A stretch of DNA of 64,000 nt, from the IMG/VR virus record IMGVR_UViG_3300005289_000052, positions 179,670 to 243,669 of that record; one strand, given 5' to 3'. Position numbers and translations under genes: made by a program. Of the stretch, positions 1-9,900 are shown piece by piece; positions within the stretch are counted from its first letter, which is position 1, and each line of letters begins with the position of its first letter. The notes below the pieces were generated by a model. The model was not told where the DNA came from and ran no database searches. It was given only the letters and a program-made list of their open reading frames with translations.

Positions 1-423
1 GCGGCGGTAGTCATAATGATCATGACCAATCGCATTGCCTTCGGTGTTCTTGTAGGTGTCAGAATAACCGTCGAGTTTCTGAGCCAGGTAGCGTGCCCGA
101 ATGAACGGGTCTGCCATGAGGTAACGCTGCATCACCGGTGGAGCATTTTGCATCTGTGCAATCGATGATAACAGCCGGATAGCATCAGTATCCCACATGG
201 TCTGGACACTACGAACAGCAGCACGAGCCGCCCGCATTGCATCTTGACCGAAATACTGATCCCACTTCTGCGTAGCCATCTGCACGAATGCTCGACCAGA
301 ATCCGTAAGGTTCTGAGTAAACATCGCGGCAGATTCAGCCAGGTACTGCATTGTTGATTCGGCTCTTGGCGCGTACGCCAATTCGTTGAATGCCAACGAG
401 CCGCCTTCGATATAGCCTGCCAT
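1..423 (-). CDS. Conserved chimallivirus protein, partial (runs off left edge); position and sequence resemble phiKZ gp59-type protein
   Basis: Manual translation from ATG at 423 (GGAG RBS upstream): MAGYIEGGSLAFNELAYAP...QRYLMADPFIRARY...GHDHYDYRR, open to base 1; absent from ORF track; downstream of nvRNAP subunit. Confidence 0.7.
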   Translation of the reverse strand, partial: MAGYIEGGSLAFNELAYAPRAESTMQYLAESAAMFTQNLTDSGRAFVQMATQKWDQYFGQDAMRAARAAVRSVQTMWDTDAIRLLSSIAQMQNAPPVMQRYLMADPFIRARYLAQKLDGYSDTYKNTEGNAIGHDHYDYRR

Positions 424-464
424 GGTAGCTCCCTCGTTACATACTTTATTGGCTACCTGTAAGA

Positions 465-746
465 TTAGACGTGCTCAAACCCTCGGGCAGCCAGCCATTC
501 AGGTTGAGCGTTAGTTGCGACCAGCACCATGGAGTCGGTTCCTTTGTCCACCAGGTACAGGTCATATTGCTTCTTGTCATCGTGTTGACGACCGCGCAGT
601 TCGAAAACCACGTTGTGTTCCGCGAGTCCTTGCTTCATCGACACGAAGTCTTCCGCCGGTTGTGGGAACATGGCAAGATAGAGAGCAGGGGTGGAGTGGT
701 GTCCATCCTTGATCATCTGGAGCACTTTCTCAGCACTGGTGTTCAT
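465..746 (-). CDS. Hypothetical protein (93 aa)
   Basis: ORF track; AAGGA RBS; co-oriented with operon. Confidence 0.7.
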   Translation of the reverse strand: MNTSAEKVLQMIKDGHHSTPALYLAMFPQPAEDFVSMKQGLAEHNVVFELRGRQHDDKKQYDLYLVDKGTDSMVLVATNAQPEWLAARGFEHV

Positions 747-760
747 AGTTTCCTTTTCCT

Positions 761-788
761 TAAAAGGGAAGGGGGACTCAAGTCCCCC
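761..788 (-). terminator. Intrinsic terminator after nvRNAP subunit
   Basis: GGGGGAC-TTGA-GTCCCCC stem followed by TTCCCTTTT on minus strand. Confidence 0.55.
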
Positions 789-793
789 AGAGG

Positions 794-2236
794 TTAGCGG
801 CCATGGTGAATGAAGTTGGCAAGCGTTGCGATGATTGGTGCAGGAAGCGATACGTGTCCAGAGATTGCCCTGGGGTTACGTAGATCCAGTACACCATTAT
901 GCGGGGCCAACGGGTCCAACTTGAGAAGCGTCTTTTCGTCCAGGATCACAATGCCGTTCAAGGCGTCACCGTCAAAGTCGGCGTTCATCCCGGACAGGAT
1001 GTTCACAGATGGGCTGATGGTGTTGATCTTGGGGTCTTTCTTGATGCGACGGATGTACAGGCGCTGAGCCGAGAGACGGGTCAACGTCGGGTTACGCTGG
1101 AAGATTACCGCAATACCGCCACGGTGTCCTTCTGCGATCAGTTCCTCAAACAGCTCATCCAGCAGTGGGTGATACCGCAGGGTGTGCTCGTAAAGGAACT
1201 TGTTGATTTCGTTCGGGCTAAAGAGTTGGTCTGTTCCCGGAACGCAACGACGAAGTAGCTTGCTGGTCAGGTGAACCTTCAAGGTCATCACTGCCATCGG
1301 CCACGGTAGTTCGAGATCCTCGTAGTGGTGAGGGTCAGACAGGGACGAAATTACACCACGGAACGAGTAGTTAACTCGAGAGCCGAAGATGTGCTTACGA
1401 TACCAGCCTGGCTTACCACCCAGTTGCCCTGCGATGAAAGGCGCATAATAAGCCACCAACATGTTCAGAGCTTTGATCGTCATCACTTCAATCTGCCGAG
1501 GTTTCAGCGGAGTGGGTGAGTTTTCGATCGAACTGAATGTCCGCATGGCGTTAATCGCCGGAGTCATCCCTGTGTCAGCGTAGGTGCCAGTTGCCGTGTT
1601 CTCCGTAATAAAGGAGATCCGACTTGGACAGGGGATATACTTCGAGAAGATCGCATGACGGTACATCTGGACAAACATCAACGCGTCGTCCATTTGTTGC
1701 TGGTTCTTGTTGTTCGGAAGAATCTCCCGCAAGAACAAGTTCATCAGGTCATCGAAATGCCTGTAGAACGTATTGATACCCCGACCAATGTTCAGCCCTT
1801 TCAGGTACTGCAACACGTGTTGGGCATCGTTGTTGGGGGGAATGTACGATGGATTGGTTACCCAGTCCAGTAGGTTCGTTCCCTTGAAAGCGAAGATCGG
1901 CTTAAGCACATGGAGTGCCCAAGGGTTGATCAGTGCGTCAATGCCTCTTGGCGCAGCAATCCACAACAAGGACTCCAAAGGTCTTTCCGTAACCGACATA
2001 CAGGGAAACCCGCAGTGGTCACACACAACACCAACGTTGTGTTCGTACTTAACCCTCTTACATTCACATGACGGCACGACGTCTAAGGTGTCACCCTCAT
2101 AACGCGTCATGATCATTTGGTTCAGTCGTTCCCGATCCAGCTCGGTAGTAACATCGAAGTCGTTGATGATCACGGGAGCTGTTGTCAACTTGTTGAACAA
2201 CTCATCGTGACTAACGATTTCCGCTTCTACGCCCAT
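794..2236 (-). CDS. Non-virion RNA polymerase beta'-like subunit with catalytic motif (phiKZ gp55-56.1 type), uninterrupted
   Basis: Zn-binding CEC...CDHC, RKHIFGSR, QRNPTL and NADFDGD motifs; adjacent to chimallin. Confidence 0.93.
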   Translation of the reverse strand: MGVEAEIVSHDELFNKLTTAPVIINDFDVTTELDRERLNQMIMTRYEGDTLDVVPSCECKRVKYEHNVGVVCDHCGFPCMSVTERPLESLLWIAAPRGIDALINPWALHVLKPIFAFKGTNLLDWVTNPSYIPPNNDAQHVLQYLKGLNIGRGINTFYRHFDDLMNLFLREILPNNKNQQQMDDALMFVQMYRHAIFSKYIPCPSRISFITENTATGTYADTGMTPAINAMRTFSSIENSPTPLKPRQIEVMTIKALNMLVAYYAPFIAGQLGGKPGWYRKHIFGSRVNYSFRGVISSLSDPHHYEDLELPWPMAVMTLKVHLTSKLLRRCVPGTDQLFSPNEINKFLYEHTLRYHPLLDELFEELIAEGHRGGIAVIFQRNPTLTRLSAQRLYIRRIKKDPKINTISPSVNILSGMNADFDGDALNGIVILDEKTLLKLDPLAPHNGVLDLRNPRAISGHVSLPAPIIATLANFIHHGR

Positions 2237-2253
2237 GGGCTACTCCTGAAGTG

Positions 2254-2292
2254 ACGGACATAAAAAGAAAAGGGGACCGAAGTCCCCTTTTG
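2254..2292 (-). terminator. Intrinsic terminator after chimallin
   Basis: AAAAGGGGAC-TTCG-GTCCCCTTTT then CTTTTTATGTCCG. Confidence 0.8.
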
Positions 2293-2316
2293 CTCAGTGC
2301 AACACGCTACCGCTTA

Positions 2317-4353
2317 TTAACGGTTCCAGGTCCCGGTGAAGGGGGAACCGAACATGCGGGAACCTTGTTGCTGACCGCCACCGTAGTTGAAGAAGCCACC
2401 AACGTTGTTGGCAACCAGGTGGTTGAGGTCGTAGCCGCCGCGCTGGGTCAGGACGTTGTTGTCGTCCAGGCCTTTCGCAGGACGCACGTTCAGACCGCAA
2501 CGTACGATTGCTTCGGACAGCGCTTCCAGGAAGGAGTTGTCGAAGCTTACGCGACGAGCAAAGCCTTTGACGTGGATTTCCGATGCCAGGAGCTGACGCA
2601 GGATTTCTTTGCGCTGAGCCAGGCGGATTTCCAGAGGAACCTGGATGTTGCGGTGAGTTTCTTCCCACGCCTCGACCAGTTTCGGGTTGGTCTTGCCAGC
2701 CAGGTTGAGGATGGCCAGGTAGTCGATCTCACGCAGGTCACGACGATTGCCTTCGCGATCGTAGTAGAAGCCCAGGTGGATACGGTCCTGATCGTCGTAG
2801 CACACTGGCTTGGACGCATCGAACAACTGCTGGAAGTGACCCATGGTCAGGTTGTTGGCTGCTTGCAGGATGGTCAGACGTGCGTTCTCGTCGCCGTTGG
2901 CGGCCGCGATGTAGGTCTGGTGAATCCAGGACAGCTCGCCAACCTCGGCGATGTCGAGGGTGAAGATCAGCTTTTGACCGATCAGCATGTTGATGAGCTG
3001 GCGCATTTCGTTGTCACCGAAGTCGGCGGAACGAGTTGGCAGTGCATCAGGCTTGGCTTGCGGATCGCCGGTCAGGTTGACTTCGTAACCGGTAGCACCC
3101 AGGTCTTTCAGGTCCACGTCGGTAGCCTTGCCCTTGTTGGCGCGCCAGGTACCGGTGAACAGGCCGTTGCGGTTCAGGCCGAAAGCAGTGGACAGGGCCA
3201 GGAGTTGCAGCTCCATGTTCACGGCGTCGGTCAGGGTGTCGACCGAGGTCAGCACCATACGCGGCTGGTACATCTGGGTAGCCATCATTTGCTGCTGGTT
3301 GCCGAACATGCCGAAGGCTTGCTGCTGAGGCTGGAAGCCTGCTTGAGCCGGTTGGTACATCAGGTCGACGTAGCCAGCGACGCGAGTCAGTTGGCGGGTC
3401 TGTTGCAGGCTGAACTGCGAGTCGGCTTGGGACTGCGCGGACATGGTGACGATGATGTCTTCACGTACCGGCATGCCCACGATGTCTTCGCCGTGCTGAC
3501 GAGTGAACTCGACGCGCGCGCTCAGTTGGTCGCCGGAGCCGACTTCACCCAGGGTGAACGGTTCTTCGTTGCCGCCGAGCTGGTTGTCCATGATGGTGTA
3601 GCAGGCCTGGGTGCTGTTGTGCAGCAGGCGGTTGAAGCGGTTCTCGGTGCTGACTTCAGCTTCGGCTGGAATCACAACGCCACCGGCATCGTGGATCTGA
3701 GCGTTGAAGCCGTAGCTGTTGATGACGAACTGCTCCAGAACTTGCCAGTACGACTTGTTCAGGTAGATGTCGCCAGGCACGATGTCGACTTCGACGGTGG
3801 TGCCGCCCAGGTTCACGCTGCTTGGGTCCAGTGGAGCGCCGCTCGATTCGACCAGCAGGCTGTAGACAGCGATGTGCTTCTGGCCCTGGTATTCTTCGTA
3901 GTAGCAGACCAGGATGCTGGAGAAAGTCACCTTGGACTGGTTGTTGTCCAGTACCAGGATGTTGAACTCTTTCTTCTGCTGTTCGGTCAGCACTTTGCCA
4001 GCGCGTTCTTTCAGACCCAGTTGAATGGTCTGAACGTCTTCACCGGACATGTTCCGTGGAACAGGGCGGCGGTGGTTGGCGTTGATGTCCAGGACCGAAC
4101 GGCCACGGCTACCTACGCGGGAGTTGTTGTTGGATTGCTGGTTCATCTGAGCACCTGCGTTGAAAGGCTGTTGCGGTTGAGCATTGCCGCCAGTTGGCTG
4201 CTGTTGCTGCCCACCGGTTGGTTGTTGAGTTTGTTCTTGGGGCTGTTCAGCACCCGTTGGAGTCATACCCGCTTTCAGCATGGCATCTGCCATTGCGCTG
4301 TTCTGCGGCTGGTTCCCCTGGCTCTGGCCAGGTCCATTACGTTTGACGGACAT
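2317..4353 (-). CDS. chmA: Chimallin / phage nuclear shell protein (phiKZ gp54 type)
   Basis: 678 aa, strongly biased high-expression codons, lies between DNA polymerase block and nvRNAP beta' as in phiKZ; RIHLGFY...RDLREIDYL segment; low-complexity N-terminus and G/F-rich C-tail; early promoter upstream. Confidence 0.88.
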   Translation of the reverse strand: MSVKRNGPGQSQGNQPQNSAMADAMLKAGMTPTGAEQPQEQTQQPTGGQQQQPTGGNAQPQQPFNAGAQMNQQSNNNSRVGSRGRSVLDINANHRRPVPRNMSGEDVQTIQLGLKERAGKVLTEQQKKEFNILVLDNNQSKVTFSSILVCYYEEYQGQKHIAVYSLLVESSGAPLDPSSVNLGGTTVEVDIVPGDIYLNKSYWQVLEQFVINSYGFNAQIHDAGGVVIPAEAEVSTENRFNRLLHNSTQACYTIMDNQLGGNEEPFTLGEVGSGDQLSARVEFTRQHGEDIVGMPVREDIIVTMSAQSQADSQFSLQQTRQLTRVAGYVDLMYQPAQAGFQPQQQAFGMFGNQQQMMATQMYQPRMVLTSVDTLTDAVNMELQLLALSTAFGLNRNGLFTGTWRANKGKATDVDLKDLGATGYEVNLTGDPQAKPDALPTRSADFGDNEMRQLINMLIGQKLIFTLDIAEVGELSWIHQTYIAAANGDENARLTILQAANNLTMGHFQQLFDASKPVCYDDQDRIHLGFYYDREGNRRDLREIDYLAILNLAGKTNPKLVEAWEETHRNIQVPLEIRLAQRKEILRQLLASEIHVKGFARRVSFDNSFLEALSEAIVRCGLNVRPAKGLDDNNVLTQRGGYDLNHLVANNVGGFFNYGGGQQQGSRMFGSPFTGTWNR

Positions 4354-4438
4354 CGTGTGTTCCTTTCATTGAGGGTGAGCACTACAACAAACCATTTGCC
4401 TATGCTCTATTTAATTACACTTGGCATGGTCTCACTTA

Positions 4439-4457
4439 GGTAATATGTGGCTCAAAT
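4439..4457 (-). promoter_or_regulatory. Early (virion RNAP) promoter for chimallin
   Basis: ATTTGAGCCACATATTACC, matches phiKZ early TATATTAC-type motif; one of 8 copies. Confidence 0.75.
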
Positions 4458-4574
4458 GACTTTGAATCAAACATCACCTAAGCGGGTTACCAAGATCATG
4501 CGCCCATAAATCTAAATGCCGAAGCATCCAGTTGAGAGCATTCTCCTATAACATAGTGCAGTGTATGTAAGAAA

Positions 4575-4871
4575 TTACTTTATCCTCACATTACTGATCA
4601 GCGAGTAGACGGTAAGTCCTTTCGCTTTAGCAGCTTTTCGAGCATCCATCTCGGCTTGAAGTTCCATCATTGACTTGGAATCAAATTCAAACTCCGTGAT
4701 ATCGTGACCACGGTTGTTGCTGATCCCCAGTACAACTTTGCGTTCGAACTTCTTTCTGGCCTTAACAGCGGCCTTCACCGGCTCCGATGCAACGGACACT
4801 TGACCAGTAGACTGGGCAATTGCCAAACGCAGTGCTGCTTCGAAATCCGAGAGTTCATTGCTAACAACCAT
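4575..4871 (-). CDS. Hypothetical basic protein (98 aa)
   Basis: ORF track; AGGAG RBS; early promoter upstream. Confidence 0.75.
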   Translation of the reverse strand: MVVSNELSDFEAALRLAIAQSTGQVSVASEPVKAAVKARKKFERKVVLGISNNRGHDITEFEFDSKSMMELQAEMDARKAAKAKGLTVYSLISNVRIK

Positions 4872-4928
4872 GGTTCAACTCCTAAGTTGAAAAAGTTTAT
4901 AAGACAGATTACCTTGTGTCTGTCACGT

Positions 4929-4948
4929 GGATATTATGTATTTGAAAT
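4929..4948 (-). promoter_or_regulatory. Early promoter
   Basis: ATTTCAAATACATAATATCC variant of motif. Confidence 0.6.
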
Positions 4949-4979
4949 TCCTTTTAATCAACTCTAAAGGGCCGCCCCA

Positions 4980-6080
4980 ATGTACACCCTTTTCAATGAA
5001 CCGATCTGGGGTACGCAAGGTGCTAGCATTACCTTCCCCAAATATCAGCGAGCTATTCAGGGGCTGCGCCAGAATCTGGACAAGGTGATCGAGTACAACC
5101 GTACCTATCCACGTGCCGTTGATAGTGGTCACTTCCTCGTGAAACTGCTGCAATCCCTTAACGTACCATTGTCCATGGACGTGAACATTTACAGGGATCG
5201 TGTCGAGGAAGCCGCAGAAGGTCTCGCTATGGCGATGAACCTCACCTCTTCATTATACCGTGGTCGAGTCTTTAGTCCAGGACTTTTCTACGGGCCGGGT
5301 TCCTACGAGATCGTGGTTGCCCATGCTGAGGAATTCGATTTACGGGATATTGAGGATAACTGGGAGCAGTTGTGCCCAGTGACTTTCCTGACTCACCCCA
5401 AGACCGACCTCGGAATGGATACCCCCATGGGTTTCCAAACCAACGGTGAAGAAGGGTTGTCGATTATCCTGATCAACATTCCCATGCTGGCTGTGCAGTA
5501 TAAACAGTGGCGTATTCGGGAGTGGCACCAGAATAATGAAGCGCAGCGGACGATGATGCAGTTTGTATCCTCGTATCCCCTGAACAACGCTTTGCATTCG
5601 CAGTTGGACATTGCGATCCTGAACCGTTTCATGAATGTCTACCGGGGAGACCCAGTGGGACTGAGCATGATCCGTAAACCGTTTACCATGACTCGATGGG
5701 AAGCGGAACTGGACTTTGGGTTGGATCAGTACGCCGAAGACTTGCAGAAACGCAAGTATACCTTCGATCACTTCTTAGCTGTCTTTAAAGGAGTGTCAGC
5801 ATGGACCCTACGAGACGCTCTACGCATTCCTACGATGGCACCGACCCGTCAGGTCACGTGGGCGCTTGCGATGTCCAGAGCGCGTCTGGTGGACTTCCTG
5901 TTGGACTGGACCAAAGAGAACCGAGTGGATCGTAACAAGAGCTACTGTAACGATATCCAGTTGGAAACTTCTCGACTGCTGAATGACAGTGCTCTGCGTA
6001 GCTCCCTCCCGCGTTGGGCATATCCAGCTTGGGAAGACCTCTTTAAAGAGATCATCGCCAAAGCTAAAAGCGTCCGCTAG
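4980..6080 (+). CDS. Conserved chimallivirus protein (phiKZ gp52-like by synteny)
   Basis: 366-aa ORF opposite in orientation between DNA polymerase and chimallin. Confidence 0.75.
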   Translation: MYTLFNEPIWGTQGASITFPKYQRAIQGLRQNLDKVIEYNRTYPRAVDSGHFLVKLLQSLNVPLSMDVNIYRDRVEEAAEGLAMAMNLTSSLYRGRVFSPGLFYGPGSYEIVVAHAEEFDLRDIEDNWEQLCPVTFLTHPKTDLGMDTPMGFQTNGEEGLSIILINIPMLAVQYKQWRIREWHQNNEAQRTMMQFVSSYPLNNALHSQLDIAILNRFMNVYRGDPVGLSMIRKPFTMTRWEAELDFGLDQYAEDLQKRKYTFDHFLAVFKGVSAWTLRDALRIPTMAPTRQVTWALAMSRARLVDFLLDWTKENRVDRNKSYCNDIQLETSRLLNDSALRSSLPRWAYPAWEDLFKEIIAKAKSVR

Positions 6081-6124
6081 GGAAACGGGGAAGCCTTGCG
6101 GCCTCCCCGTTTCCCTTTATGCCG
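6079..6124. terminator. Terminator between convergent genes, with TTTATGCCG tail
   Basis: AGGGAAACGGGGA...TCCCCGTTTCCCT inverted repeat then TTATGCCG. Confidence 0.75.
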
Positions 6125-8345
6125 CTGCGGATGCTGGGACAAAGTCCGAAACCAACTTGGTATTGTTGTCGTTAGACAAGAACACGCCGAGCGATTCCAA
6201 GATCAGATAGAACGGCCGGACTGTAGAGTAGACCAGTTTACGAATGTTCATTGCTGACAATACTTCTTTTGGCAGACCAGTCAACTCCACAACGTCCTTC
6301 GGCAGCAGCAACGTGGTAGCGTTGGTTTTGCCAGCGTAGGTATCGGTGAGGGTTTGTTTGATCTGAGGATCTTCGATCGTATCCAACCACAGGCCCAATG
6401 CCGTTTTGTTAGGCAAGTCCAGGGAGACTTTGATCGCAGAGTACGGAGGTTTTGGAGCTTCCCCGTATTTTGGACGGAACACACGCTCCCACAGGAGGTA
6501 GTGTTGATAAGGAGACTGACCTGGGTTGACGTATGCCGCCGGGTCTTTCACCTGAGTCCGTGCCAAGTAAGTAGATTCAGCGCGCATCACAGAACCAATA
6601 ATGCCGTGTTCGATATCAGCAACACGCTGCATGATTTCCGTGATCTTGATCTTCTTGCCGTCGATGATGCAGTCCATGATTTCACACATGGTCGACGTCA
6701 CTTGTTTCATGATCTGTGGCGGACAGTTAGAGTCTTTGAGGTAAACCCCTTTGATCTCTTCTTCCAGCTTCGAGAACACGTTCCCTTCTTTGGCTGCCTT
6801 GTAGGCGTAGTAATGCTTAGCCATCGAAGTCAGCGAGAACACCGAGAATGCAAACTCGTTCTTCATCGCCAATACGTTCAGCTTCTCTGGTACCACACCG
6901 AGTGTAGTGGACAGCATAGCCAAAACGTGGATGATCGACTGGGTGGCCAGGTAAACCATGGTGTAGTCCACGGCAAACGCGGTTTCACTAAAGTCAATCT
7001 TACCGGTGTACCACTCAACCCAGTTCTGCACGGTGAAGATCGTGGAGTCTGTGTCGGAGGTGATCGCTACGTGTCGGACAGAATCCCGAATCCATGCAAC
7101 CGAGGCTGGCATGTTGTCGGATACCCAGAACGCTTTGATCAGGTACTGGTATTCGTTCAGTACGTGGTGGATGTTCTTGATGGTTGCCCCGATCAAGCAG
7201 TAGCTCGTTGGGTTTACTTCCAGCAAGCGACCCAGACCCAAACCTTGTAGCTCCTTAGCGCACAGGAGGCTCACAAACGCTTTTAAGTCCGCATCCATAC
7301 CCTTGACATAGACCTTGGCTTCTTCCAGCTCCAGCGGCACTTCTACCTTCATGGAGAGGCGAGCCATGAACACCCGCATTGGTCCGTCGTTGAACTTCGC
7401 CAAGTGCCAGCAATCGCCGACATAAGCAAAGGCCGAACGTTGCAGATCGTTCATACCTTCAACCAGCTTACGGATTTCCGCAATCTGACTTTTGTTGGTC
7501 CAGTAGTGGTGAGTCGAGTAAAGGATCAGTTCCATTACTTCGTCTACGGTTGGAGCACGGAACCCGTAGAGGCTCATCGCTTTCTCAATCAGATCGTAGT
7601 CAACGTGACCGATGATGCTGACGATATTTGCCTTCACTACATCAGGACACCAATAATGTCGGTTGCCTGCCAAGAACTTCTCGTTGTTGGCGTTCCCCAA
7701 ACTGGTGGCTACACGGCAGGTCGAAGTCAGGCTCGAGTGAGCAGACTTGTTGTGCAGGATCGTGGAGGTCGACGCTTGTGCCCCGGACAGACTGTTGTTC
7801 GCAATCTTGTACGTGGTTTGTTCGTTCTCCTTAAGTTCTGCCAGTTCTTCCATCTGTACAGCATGGCGGCGGAACTTCTTGACTGCTTCAACATCCCCGG
7901 CTTTCTCAGCCTCATCTGCTTTCAGATTGGATTCTTGTTGCTCCATCTGTGCATTGTGACCTTCCTTCTTTACAGCACCCCGGCCCACAATGTTACCGGT
8001 GATGTATTCCGACAGTAGAGAAGGAATAACGTCCGGGTGTTCGTACACAGTCATGGACGGTGCAAACAACCAGTTGTTATCTTTGATGTCCTTGAGGTAG
8101 GTCGAGTAAGTCATCTCCGTACGCTCACGGTCACCGACTTTGTTCCGGTGCAGGCAGTACAGAGCTGGGTCTTTGATCTCGAATTTACCACCCGGACCTG
8201 TCACACGGTGAATGTACCCTTGACAGTCTTCCAACGGCTTCCCCGTACGCACATGCAAAAAGATTGCCATGTCACGACGGTAGTTAGCCAGAATATCTAG
8301 GTCGCGCTTATAAGCGGACGCTGGCTTGATGAAATGGTTTTCCAT
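6117..8345 (-). CDS. Family B DNA polymerase, polymerase subunit (phiKZ gp50 type)
   Basis: KIANNSLSG (motif B), SDTDSTIF (motif C), KHYYA; probable start MENHF at 8345. Confidence 0.9.
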   Translation of the reverse strand: MENHFIKPASAYKRDLDILANYRRDMAIFLHVRTGKPLEDCQGYIHRVTGPGGKFEIKDPALYCLHRNKVGDRERTEMTYSTYLKDIKDNNWLFAPSMTVYEHPDVIPSLLSEYITGNIVGRGAVKKEGHNAQMEQQESNLKADEAEKAGDVEAVKKFRRHAVQMEELAELKENEQTTYKIANNSLSGAQASTSTILHNKSAHSSLTSTCRVATSLGNANNEKFLAGNRHYWCPDVVKANIVSIIGHVDYDLIEKAMSLYGFRAPTVDEVMELILYSTHHYWTNKSQIAEIRKLVEGMNDLQRSAFAYVGDCWHLAKFNDGPMRVFMARLSMKVEVPLELEEAKVYVKGMDADLKAFVSLLCAKELQGLGLGRLLEVNPTSYCLIGATIKNIHHVLNEYQYLIKAFWVSDNMPASVAWIRDSVRHVAITSDTDSTIFTVQNWVEWYTGKIDFSETAFAVDYTMVYLATQSIIHVLAMLSTTLGVVPEKLNVLAMKNEFAFSVFSLTSMAKHYYAYKAAKEGNVFSKLEEEIKGVYLKDSNCPPQIMKQVTSTMCEIMDCIIDGKKIKITEIMQRVADIEHGIIGSVMRAESTYLARTQVKDPAAYVNPGQSPYQHYLLWERVFRPKYGEAPKPPYSAIKVSLDLPNKTALGLWLDTIEDPQIKQTLTDTYAGKTNATTLLLPKDVVELTGLPKEVLSAMNIRKLVYSTVRPFYLILESLGVFLSNDNNTKLVSDFVPASAAA

Positions 8346-8403
8346 TAGTGCTCCCGAAAGCGGTAGTCCCACATTCTATTACCCTCTGACAGATTTTAAT
8401 ACT

Positions 8404-8433
8404 GACGTCATAAAAGGAGGCCGAAGCCTCCCT
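8404..8433 (-). terminator. Intrinsic terminator
   Basis: GGAGGC-TTCG-GCCTCC TTTTATGACG. Confidence 0.75.
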
Positions 8434-8437
8434 TCAT

Positions 8438-9085
8438 TTATTCCTCTTCCGAGGACTCTTCGTGTTCGATCTGCGCAGGCTCGGCTTTCTGGTCCGAAAC
8501 CATGTTCGCCATGTCGACGTTGATGGTCCATTCCTTGAAGAGGTTACCGATGTGGGCGTTCTCTTCCTCAGTACGCTGAGCAGGCTGGTTCACGATAACC
8601 TCTTTGAGAGGGTACGGGAATTTCGGCAGCTCAGTTTCCTTGGACTTGACTTCAAGGTCGATCTTGATCCACGCGTGACGCTCACCGCTTTGGGTGGTGT
8701 AGACGTCAACTTCCCATTTCAGATCAGTGTCTTCGATAGGGAAGAAGTACCGCGTCTTGTTCAGGCCTTTGTCGGCGAACAAACGGAACAGCTCGAAATA
8801 GTCCTTGGTGCAGACTTGTTCCACTTCGCGCTTACCGAGTTCCCCAGAGAACTTGGCTTTAACGCACATGTGGTACACGTTGTCGTTGATGGCCCGGACA
8901 CGGTTCTGAGCAAAGTTACCCTCACCGCGATCACGGTAGGACTCCCACTGCTCTTGCTTTTCCTGACCGGCAGCCTGCTCCAGGAAACTCCAGTCGTCTA
9001 CACGAGCAAAGAAGGTGTATTCGATTTCTTGCTGGACTTCACCATTGGCTTCGTCTTCGAGCGAAATGCTCAGGCGCTTCAACAT
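8438..9085 (-). CDS. CYTH / triphosphate-tunnel metalloenzyme-like protein
   Basis: N-terminal ExE (QEIEY), RVR, K, REVE, KTRY, WEVDVY, IDLEV pattern; GAGG RBS before ATG 9085 (track start at 9244 is too long). Confidence 0.75.
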   Translation of the reverse strand: MLKRLSISLEDEANGEVQQEIEYTFFARVDDWSFLEQAAGQEKQEQWESYRDRGEGNFAQNRVRAINDNVYHMCVKAKFSGELGKREVEQVCTKDYFELFRLFADKGLNKTRYFFPIEDTDLKWEVDVYTTQSGERHAWIKIDLEVKSKETELPKFPYPLKEVIVNQPAQRTEEENAHIGNLFKEWTINVDMANMVSDQKAEPAQIEHEESSEEE

Positions 9086-9131
9086 AACTTCCCCTCGCAA
9101 AAAAAAAAGAGGTGGGACCGAAGCCCTACTC

Positions 9132-9545
9132 TCAGATAGGTTTAGCCGACAGTTCCACGTGGTCGTATCCGTTCGCACCCAACAGCGCCAGGATGTGCTC
9201 GTAGTCGTCAGGCTTGACTTGAGAGATCTTGGCGTAGAGGACATCGAAGTTCATGGATACGATCGTGGATTCCCTGATCCATGGCAAGCCGAGGATTTCA
9301 AACTCGCCAGAAGGATGCTGAATACGCACATACATGTACGCAGTCGGATCGTCCGGGGTACCGGCTGGGAGCGAGGGATAAACGTTGACGTGCTTCTCCT
9401 GCACGCTGTGCCCCAGAGCACGAGCCGTGGTGTCGTCGATAATCGCCAACACTTTCACGTTCTTGTAGCTCGAAGGGAGCGCAGCGGCCGGGTAAACGGA
9501 AAACGACACAGTGCTCTTGGGGATCAATAAGTCCTGGGTAGCCAT
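9132..9545 (-). CDS. Conserved chimallivirus hypothetical protein (137 aa)
   Basis: ORF track; GGAG RBS; VYPSLPAGTPDDP...GLPWI motif. Confidence 0.75.
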   Translation of the reverse strand: MATQDLLIPKSTVSFSVYPAAALPSSYKNVKVLAIIDDTTARALGHSVQEKHVNVYPSLPAGTPDDPTAYMYVRIQHPSGEFEILGLPWIRESTIVSMNFDVLYAKISQVKPDDYEHILALLGANGYDHVELSAKPI

Positions 9546-9892
9546 TGGAAGTAAGACTCCTTGAACTCTACGAAGACTAGGCCTCGTGAATTCATTACTT
9601 TAATAGAAAGGAGAGGACCTCTTACCATGGTCTGCCAGAACCGTTCCCGTCTGATTCCTTCCACAAGATCCCAGAACAACTGGAATTGATCGTGGTCGTA
9701 CTCAGGGATATCGTAGTCATGCGGATCTACGATACCCAGAACAATGTTTATCAGCAGCTCAAGGTTGTTGGTGCGCTCTTCATCATAGGGTGTATCCTCA
9801 TAATGATTCTCCTCAGAATGGAGAGAACGCAAACCTTGGTACTGCTTAAGAGCCTCCGCTAGGCTTTGTGACACGAAGGCAACTCGACCCAC
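9524..9892 (-). CDS. Hypothetical protein, member of tandem small-gene run
   Basis: ORF track, GTG start with GAGG RBS. Confidence 0.7.
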   Translation of the reverse strand: MGRVAFVSQSLAEALKQYQGLRSLHSEENHYEDTPYDEERTNNLELLINIVLGIVDPHDYDIPEYDHDQFQLFWDLVEGIRRERFWQTMVRGPLLSIKVMNSRGLVFVEFKESYFQWLPRTY

Positions 9893-9900
9893 GATGACCT

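Noticed and set aside
2251-4443. 730-aa plus-strand ORF antisense to chimallin (likewise 20781-21899, 33150-34859, 38649-40673, 41571-42884, 46000-47571, 55414-56775)
   Set aside because: Shadow ORFs from strong codon bias of the real genes; no RBS or motifs; they mirror known genes
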